Shown here piece after piece: positions 55,948 to 64,000 of a stretch of DNA of 64,000 bases (its first letter is position 1; every line of letters starts with the position of its first letter). A program made the position numbers and the translations under genes. A model generated the notes under the pieces. That model was given only the letters and a program-made list of their open reading frames with translations. It searched no databases and had not been told where the DNA came from. Origin of the DNA: Amoeboaphelidium occidentale (taxonomy: Eukaryota); the NCBI GenBank assembly GCA_023515795.1, contig JALGPX010000033.1, positions 1-64,000 on the forward strand. The letters are read 5' to 3'.

Positions 55948-56502
55948 ATGATACTTAACACCTTGCCAATAATGATATTCATTTGCCTACTACTTCAAAT
56001 ATGCCTCAACGTTGTTGCAGCGAAAGATACTTCATCCATGGGAAATATACAGATTATACGTCCTGTCCAAAATACCGTGATGGTTGCTACTCAACGACTA
56101 TACGTCGAGTACAGAGTCAGCTCGCCTTTGAAGAACACGAAAGTGCAATTGACTTTATTCAGAAGATCATGGCGTGGGAAAAAGGTGAAGATTATGGAAT
56201 TTGAACCGCTGGATTCCGGTGTTCAGAAGCATTACTTGGATACGATTGATATGAAGACAAGTTTTGATTACTTTCTATTCGCCACGCTCATTGACGCTGA
56301 TGGTAAAGAAGTCCCAAACAGCGAGACGCAAAGTCCTGCCTTCTCAATTTATTCAACAGTGGACGCAAAGCGACATGGATTTCCTGTCAATGAACCACGA
56401 CCATATCAATTGTTTGATAGTGGAGCGTCTCTCAGTTACTCCCAGGGCATCTTAACGGGCTTGGGTGCAGCGCTTTCATTTAGCTTTTATGCGCTTGTTT
56501 AA
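55948..56502 (+). CDS. Secreted, probably GPI-anchored beta-sandwich protein
   Basis: Signal peptide, I.RP...SPAFSI beta-rich domain, hydrophobic C-terminus. Confidence 0.65.
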   Translation: MILNTLPIMIFICLLLQICLNVVAAKDTSSMGNIQIIRPVQNTVMVATQRLYVEYRVSSPLKNTKVQLTLFRRSWRGKKVKIMEFEPLDSGVQKHYLDTIDMKTSFDYFLFATLIDADGKEVPNSETQSPAFSIYSTVDAKRHGFPVNEPRPYQLFDSGASLSYSQGILTGLGAALSFSFYALV

Positions 56503-56513
56503 TAGATTAAACT

Positions 56514-59020
56514 TTATTTTGCCGACTTCAACAACTTCGATATCAGCATTGCGAGACTGAAAGTATCACCAGCCTTTAGAGCTTCCAAAGTCTTAAATTT
56601 GACAACATCACCTCTCAAGGCCCTGAATACTTCAGGAGCAACAAAGTTTGCGCTCTTAGCATCAATTCGATATAAAGGAAAAGCAATTGTAGCATCCTCA
56701 TCAGTGAAACATTGCTGCAAACATCCAAACCCAGATAAGTACCCAGTGATAGATCCCACGGAGTTCCTCTCAATGTAAACGTTTCTCAGTTTTACAGTGC
56801 GATGGACATATCCGTTATCATGGAGATCCTTGAGAGCGTTAGCAACATTTGTAATAATGTTGTGCAGATCAGATGATTTCATCGGGGATACTCCACTCTG
56901 TGAAAGATACGTTTCTAAAGTACCTAATGAGTAGTAAGGAAAAATAATCGTGAATGGATTAATTGAAAAATGTAGCATTTGAACGATGCCTTTTGAGCTT
57001 GAAAGGGCCGACAATACTTCGACCTCCTCCCAGAAGGAATCCTCAACTCCAGCTTGAAGTTTGTTCATAGATGATCCAAAAACTTTAACAGTGACCTTAT
57101 CGACCGATCCGTCATGTTTCTTAAGTAAACCATTGAACAAAGGAACACCATTTTGAGTACCAATTTGATTAATAACATCGATGAGTTGACCATCAATTTT
57201 CAAAGTTTGAGGAGCGTTGTCCTTGGCCTTTTGCACACTAACAGAACTGTACTTCACTAAAGGAGTAGGCACATTGATGGCACTGAATTTGTCCGAGTTG
57301 CTGGAATTCATTGTCGCCTGATCTGGTTTGCTAACATCAGCTGTGGTACCCTGAGTATCCTGTGGTGTTGCAGCAAATATCGCCTCCTTCAAGCTTTGTC
57401 TTCGAATATACTGTAAGAGAATTAGGACCAGAACTACAACTAAAAGAGATGCGCCACCAGCAATTCCAATAATCGCCCCAGAAGGAAGACTTTGCTCAGT
57501 CACAGGTTCTTCCGCAGCAAACAGCGTTCTTGTTCCTTGTTGGATTGATGTTGCTGCTTGAGTAGTCGTCGACGAAGTTACTTCGACCTCGTCCTGCATT
57601 AATTCTGGATCTTCTACATCGTCTTCAAATAGCCAAAAATCGTTCATGATCGCAGAATCGGCCTTAAACCCCCCATGAAAATACATGATTTTTGTTTCAT
57701 TGTTGTAAATATATCCAGCGTTAGACTTGGCTGGCGGATAATTAGAGCTTGATACGGAACCTAGTATAAGCAGTTAAAAAAAGCAATTCTTACCTTTGTT
57801 TCCGTAAGATCCTTGTCCGTTTGGCTGCGTGCTTCCACCAACCCATGCAAACTTAAAATACTCTAAGCTGAATACCCACAAATCACTCATGTATGCACGA
57901 GTAGAGCCTCTGATGGACAGGCCTCCCATAAGATATAGCCTCTTCTTCTCTGTATTCACGTAAAGAACACCTCCAAGCCTTCCCCGAGGAACAGCCAATG
58001 ATGTATAAGTATTTCTAGGCGGAATCCTACCTAAAGAGCCTATTTCTCGTGTTCCTCCTATCCAAGTCCAGGTGGTATTCGATAAATTGAAACACCAAAC
58101 ATCATTCAACACTCCTTCGCCCAAAAACGTTATTCCTTCCCCGCCAAACATGAACAAAGCCCTTTCATTAACGTCGTAAGTGAAACAACTTTGCACTCTT
58201 CCTCCTGGATAATTTTCTGCAGCACTTTCGCGTACTTTTCCGTACTTGCCAGCAGAGTTTTTGACACCAGGACCGTGAATCCATGTCCAATTTCCAGATG
58301 TCACGTTGTAAACCCATGTGTCAGAAAGGCGCAATATATCACTGGACTGAGGTTCATAAGTTGCTCCACCCCAGAAGTAAAACGACCTGGTGTCAGGATC
58401 ATAAAAGTGGACAAAGCCATGCACAGCAGGCGGCTCATTTGTTGTAGCGGGGACGTTTTGAATTCCATAGTTGCCTTGAAAATTCGTAGCAATAGTTCCT
58501 CCAACGTAGGTGTAGAATAGTGACTGAAAGTTGAAAGAAAATATCGTATTTGTGACAATACTCCTCGAGAAAAGACCACCAAATATGAACATGTTTCCGG
58601 TGGTTCTATCAATGAAGCTTCCATGCTGAGTACGACCACCAGGTTGCACTGAGAAGTGAGGGTTTCCTCTTCTGACTGCATTCATCGGTGCACTAAAACC
58701 TGTCCCATCACCTCCGTACCAAGTATAATGATAGTTGGTTAGATCAAAAGACCACATGTTGTTGGAGTAAGATCCAGTTTCACCTGCATAACCTCCGAAC
58801 CAATAGATCCTCTTCTTGTAGTAGATCATATCATGGTCCGTTAACCCGGTAGTGTACAGATCTGGACTGCTTACATTCCTGGTACCTGAAGGTCAAAAGG
58901 CTTATGATATATATTACCGAATTCTCCATACGTTGCGGCTGGCGAAGATTGCCCTGATATCCAAACGAATGCCGTATTCACAGTGGAACAAAATGCAATG
59001 AGAAGGATGAATAAGAACAT
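56514..59020 (-). CDS. Receptor-like pseudokinase with Kelch-repeat ectodomain (introns 58886-58917, 57761-57793)
   Basis: Signal peptide MFLFILLIAFCSTV; about 6 Kelch repeats (FGG...DxW.F...W.W.GG); S/T stalk; TM; kinase fold with VTVK, HRT, GFG and APE. Confidence 0.82.
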
Positions 59021-59119
59021 CACAATGTTGATTGAAACAAGAACTCACAAACTTGTCTCTCCTGTGACTCGACAGGACTTGGTCAATTTCTATTTTATTA
59101 CAATATTGGTCATACCTTC

Positions 59120-62100
59120 CTATGGCGGTGTATTGTCAGTGTTAGAACCTCCTAGAGTTGCTCCACTGAAATAAGAGCCAAGCAGTTCTCGTGTTCCTAT
59201 ACCGACATTTACGCTTGTTAATGAATTGAATGAGAAACCAGGCGAATAGAGTCCTGTGATAAATCCAGACCATGCATTAGGGAAGGATGATTTGTTATTC
59301 ATGCGGTATTCAGCAAGCTTCTGTTCCAGCTCTTCAAACCAAGGATCAAAAAGAAGCTGCGAGGCAGTGGCTCTTTTATCTGCTGGTTTAAAACACTTTT
59401 CCAAAAAGTCGCTACATTTTTTAGATACAGTGACCGTGAACGATGTAATATTCTCATCTGATGATGATTGCGTTTCAGAAATACTTGCTCTTGTAGAATT
59501 AGATGCAGCTTGCGGGCTGGCCAAATGAATATTGAAATTATTGCTGCTATCAGAACCGTTAGCACTAACAGGAGGAATAGGCGGGTGTTGATTAGATATA
59601 CCGATCTGGTACATAATTGCCCAGTCATTATCTAAATGGGACCACGGACGTTTCCCAGTAATCATCTCCAAAACCACACAAGCAGCACTCCATACATCTT
59701 GCGAACCAATTGGAGCTGAGCTTTTCTGTCCGTTAATTATCTCAGGCGCCATATAATTCGGAGTTCCAACTAAACTGTTCTTATTGTTCTTGTTCAAAGT
59801 GCCTTGATTAACGATCATCTTGGCGGCACCGAAATCGACCAACTTGATAGTTCCCGATTTATCTAGAAGGATGTTATCAGGTTTGATATCTCTGTGGACA
59901 ATATCCTAAAAGATCAATCAAATTAAAAAGTAAATAACCTTTGAATGTAGATACTGCAGCCCATTGTAAAGTTGATAAGAATAAAGCTGGATAATCGATT
60001 CATTTTCTATGCGGCCATTTTCCAATAGAGACGAAAGAGATCCACCAGAGCAAAACTCCATGAATATGTAGCATTTATCTCTGTGAAGTTCGACGCCATA
60101 ATAGTTAACAATATTGGGATGGTTTAGAACTTCAAGGACTTTCATTTCTTCCTTGATGGATAGAATCATTTTAGAGGAAGCGTTCGACTGAAACTTGATT
60201 TCTTTTACGGCCATAAGATCGCCAGATTCAAGATTAATTCCAACATACACCGATCCGAAAGTTCCGCCTCCAATAAACTTGCCTTGTTGCCATCTCATAG
60301 AGACTTTCGAATTAGATACTTTTAACAAAAGATTAAGATTCTGATTAGCAGGCTCAGTATGGTCGATGATTTTTCCAATTCTCTTCTGTTGAGAAGCTTT
60401 CACGTCCAATACTTTATCTATATTGAGAACTTTTTGCAGTCTCATCTCAGCAAGTTTAGCAACATCCTCCGGAGTTAACGACTCTGTCACTTTCTCATTC
60501 TTCTTTTTCGACATACCATGATCAAGATGCTCTGCAGAATTGAGGCCTCCAATGATTAATGCCATACAACAAGCAACTTTTCTTTTAATGTCCAAGAAAG
60601 CTTCATTGGATAACACCAAGATGTTGTTGCCTTTGATAACCCACATGACAAACTCAAGTGCCAATAGAGCCCATCTTACAGTTTTCGGATCCGTTGGCAA
60701 ACAGTCAGAACATGTAAAAGAAATCCACTCAATAGCCAATTGTAACAAATGTCTTGTCAATATTACTCTTAGTGGTTGCGGTAAACACGATAACGCTATC
60801 TTGCCAAATGATGAAGCAAAGGTAAAATACTCCTCGACTAAATCTACAGGTAACAGCATTCTTCTGATGTTCTTTACGCCTTGAACCAAAATGACGGCTG
60901 TCTTAAGAACTGTTTTCTCCATTCTCAGCAACCATGATTCTACCCTCTTATTAGCTGAACATTTATCAAAGACAAAAGAAGTTTCATGGTATTTTTTCTT
61001 GAGAAACTCTCTGAAAGCATCAAAGCCGTTGTCGCTTGTTCCAGTTATCATAATCTGATTTTTAGAGAGCAACTTTGGATATGTCGCAGCGCAATTTCTT
61101 GAGTTCCACAAACTTTGTTTCGTAGTCAAAAATGAAGCAAAATATTGCTTATCTTCAACTGAAACTCTCGTTGTGACCATGAAAACGGCCGGTGGCGACT
61201 CAGCTCTGGGTTTGGATGTTTTTGAATCCAAATCTTGTTCAAGAATGTACTCGACAAAGGATGGAAACGATGATTCATTGCATGAAATCAGTAAAGATTC
61301 TTCGAGCTCTTCTTTAAGCTGTCTCGCGTATTGTAACACTTTGCGGGATCTGATACGAACGTTAAACAAAAGCCTTGTGAACCACTTTTCGCGACTAGCA
61401 TTCTTATCGGATTTCGTGGGATCATTAATTCTGATCGATTGCTGATAATAGAAAAGCAACGATTCAAAAAGTTTCTCAGTCATGAAGCAAAACTTTTCTG
61501 CAGCAAGTGTTCTCAGTTCCTGAAAATCTTTAGCTTTAGAGTAAACATTCTTCTGCAGGAAATCCCATTCCTTCTCTAAGAGCTCGGCATTTCTAAACCA
61601 AAGCTGTTGATTCTTGCTGGAAGATAACTTTCGTTCAAGAATTTTTAAATACAGCCTAACGCCTTGGACTATTGTTTCATTATCAAGAATATTTTCGTTA
61701 TTGCTGCCTAGAGCACTGAGAAGTCTCCTGTAGTTCTGACGAGTGTCGAGTGCTGACTGAATGCAAACCTTGTAATCTTCCAACAAAGCATCCAAGTCCA
61801 TCGTGATCTCGTCAGATCCCGCACTTGATGTCTTTTTCTTTGGACTTTCGGTTTCCGAGGGTTCGCCAGCGTTCTCACTTTTTACCCACCACGTTACACA
61901 TTTTTTGATTATTTGGCCAGGGAAAGATCCGACAAGAAGTAAATCATCTTCAAATATAGGGAGCCCTAATTTTTTTGAATCTTCAGAGTAAAGAAGCTGA
62001 AGTGAAGCGATAGCTTTATCGACCATGAGATTAACAGCGGCAATAACGCTGTGATTCGTGAATAACTTTGGAAGTCCTCCTTCTTTCAAAACAGATTCAA

Positions 62101-63270
62101 TAAACTCATCAGGTAAATCAGCTGCTAAATCTTTAACATTAGCCCACTTCTTTACTATTTCATGTAACTGTCGTATCGTTTCAAAGAGCGAATTCCAAGT
62201 CCGCATGATGTCTAATCTGCGTTGAATAGTTTCGAACACCGGCTGATCAACACAAAGCTTCTTGTAAGAAGGATACATCGACTCCACAGCGTCGACCAAA
62301 TGAAGAATACCTTTTAATTGCTCATTAAATGCTGTGAAATCACCGTTGAAATTTCCTTGAAAAGTCACGACAGCAGAAACCGCATCGTTAACAAAGTCGC
62401 TTCTCAAAGCACTTAACCATGCAGGAACTAAAGCTATCGGCTGAGAATATAAATTTCCAATTATCCCGAAGTATAAATGGTCCCTGAACTTCTGGTGCTC
62501 CACGGAATCTTGAACAGAATGATTCTGTATGCGACGCTTCTCCACAGCAACGTCTTCACCGGTCAAGTAACTTGTTAACAGTCTTTGCCATTCTAAGCGC
62601 GCATCTGCATCGGCTACAGAGCTGAATGGAAGCAAAATGCTTTTCACGCCAATCTCCTCAGACAATCCAGATTTATCCTCATTCTCCCCGTCCAGCGCAT
62701 CCTCAGAGGTTGTAACATAAAACTTCTTATCGAATTCAACAAAATCTTTATCATTGGAAGATATTGCTAATGAAGGCGTCGCCATGTCCGTAGCTGATTC
62801 TTCCCCAAACTCAAATCCACTTCGCTCGACATACGGTGTCACATTAGAAGACTGTAACCCAGAAATGCTCTTCTCAGATCCCGGACTTAAAGAAAGCCTG
62901 TGCACATTCAGAGAGCTGTCGAGGCCTAAAGCATGAGATTGCAACTTAATTAAAGATTACCAGCACTCGATCTTGTGAAAGTAGCTTGCCAGATGAACGA
63001 TTCTGACACAACCGGAACCCCGAAATCTATGGCTTCTCTTATGCTCATACTATTCTTCTTAGACTCTTCGGGTGTAGTAACCACATAAGTAGTTTCAGAC
63101 GTAAGATTATGCGTTACGGTACCTCCAAAAGATTCTATAACCATTTTGATGTCCTTCGCCTTATCATTGTCAAAGCCAAGAACGTAGAATATTTTCCCTT
63201 GAAACAGAACGTTTTCTTCCTGCTTAGGCAGCGAAATGAAGTGCATTTGGCCCGAGTCCTTTGACGTCAT
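59120..63270 (-). CDS. SSK2: Ssk2/Wis4/MEKK4-type MAP kinase kinase kinase, with probable N-terminal BRCT exon (introns 59906-59938, 62926-62960)
   Basis: RLEWQ.LL...LTGE, CLPTDPKTVRWALLALEF, WQQGKFIGGGTFG, MAVKEI, HRDIKPDN, DFGAAK, GTPNYMAPE. BRCT-like ORF 62950-63270 joins in frame; exact start uncertain. Confidence 0.88.
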
Positions 63271-63612
63271 CTCTGCACAACACTTCAAGAAAATCTCCGA
63301 TCGTGCAGTAACTAGTCTGGTTTAAAAGGCTATTGTACCAGACAGAGGACAAGAAAGGTTATTACCACAATAGCGCTTTCTTAAGTTCATACAACGTGAT
63401 ATGCTGACTTCATTTTACAGAGCATGCACTCGTTCTGAAACGTTAAGATTACGCCGCATGCACGAACTTTATAGTACTGACACGAAATATCAATACTAAA
63501 ACACGATTAACCTCACAAGATATCATGTCTGATGTTTACGAGGCGTCGTTTGATCTTGAGCTTTTTTGTAGCATCGGTTTCAAGGCTTGTTTCAATTACA
63601 ACAACGCAGGCT

Positions 63613-64000
63613 ATGGACGATGAGGATTTCATTGGTGCGTTTATTGGGTGTGCCTCAGACGATAGTGAAGGAGAAAGTGAGCAGGATGTGGCTAAAGTCA
63701 TTGTGAAGCCTAACGACGAGGTTGCTTGTGACAAGGACAAGAAGTTACAAGAGCATTTCAAGGAAGCAGCTGCTCAGAAGCACCCACAAAAGGCTCCAAG
63801 AAAGCCATCTGTTGAGAAACCTGAGTTGTTCCATATTCCGAAAGGTTGCTTTGACTGAATCTCACTTACCTTGAAGATTTGGGCGCGAGCGAAGAAGTCG
63901 ATATTAAGTTTCTTACAGGAATTATCAGAAAGGCGGAGAAATTTAAGTATAACAAAGGCAATTAATTCATGGGATGTAATTTATTGGTAGAATACGTTCT
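63613..64000 (+). CDS. Hypothetical protein, 5' part (probably spliced; runs off the window)
   Basis: ATG at 63613; a GT-AG intron near 63845-63876 would extend the frame (KDLGASEEVDIKF...). Confidence 0.5.

Noticed and set aside
63958..63990. Possible GC-AG intron in the last gene
   Set aside because: An alternative GT donor exists nearby and the window ends before the frame can be tested.

Overview
Very gene-dense eukaryotic nuclear DNA in the standard genetic code, with about 45 protein-coding genes in 64 kb. Many intergenic gaps are under 100 bp, and I could reconstruct 28 tiny GT-AG introns (32-52 nt) by hand. The gene set mixes fungal hallmarks (trifunctional FOL1, Ssk2-type MAP3K, Srs2, mL57-like protein) with animal-like retentions (WD40-bearing ATG16L, Aladin, TBC1D5, ECT2-like GEF, a receptor-like kinase). 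This points to an early-diverging fungus or close fungal relative of aphelid/Cryptomycota/chytrid grade; that placement is inference only. No rRNA, tRNA, CRISPR or mobile element was recognised, and two short duplications next to N-gaps look like collapsed-haplotype assembly artefacts. Best leads: (1) a BRCT domain apparently spliced in frame onto an Ssk2/MEKK4 MAP3K, next to a Kelch-ectodomain receptor pseudokinase; (2) three TALE homeobox genes within 7.3 kb sharing Val50, a C-terminal repressor-like motif and CCAAT promoters; (3) a degenerate sulfotransferase followed by three tandem single-pass membrane proteins with Tyr/acidic or Ser-Gly ectodomain motifs, furin-type sites and LD-like tails; (4) a metazoan/algal-type 16-nt 3' stem-loop after histone H4. 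All family calls come from motif recognition by eye; no searches were run.
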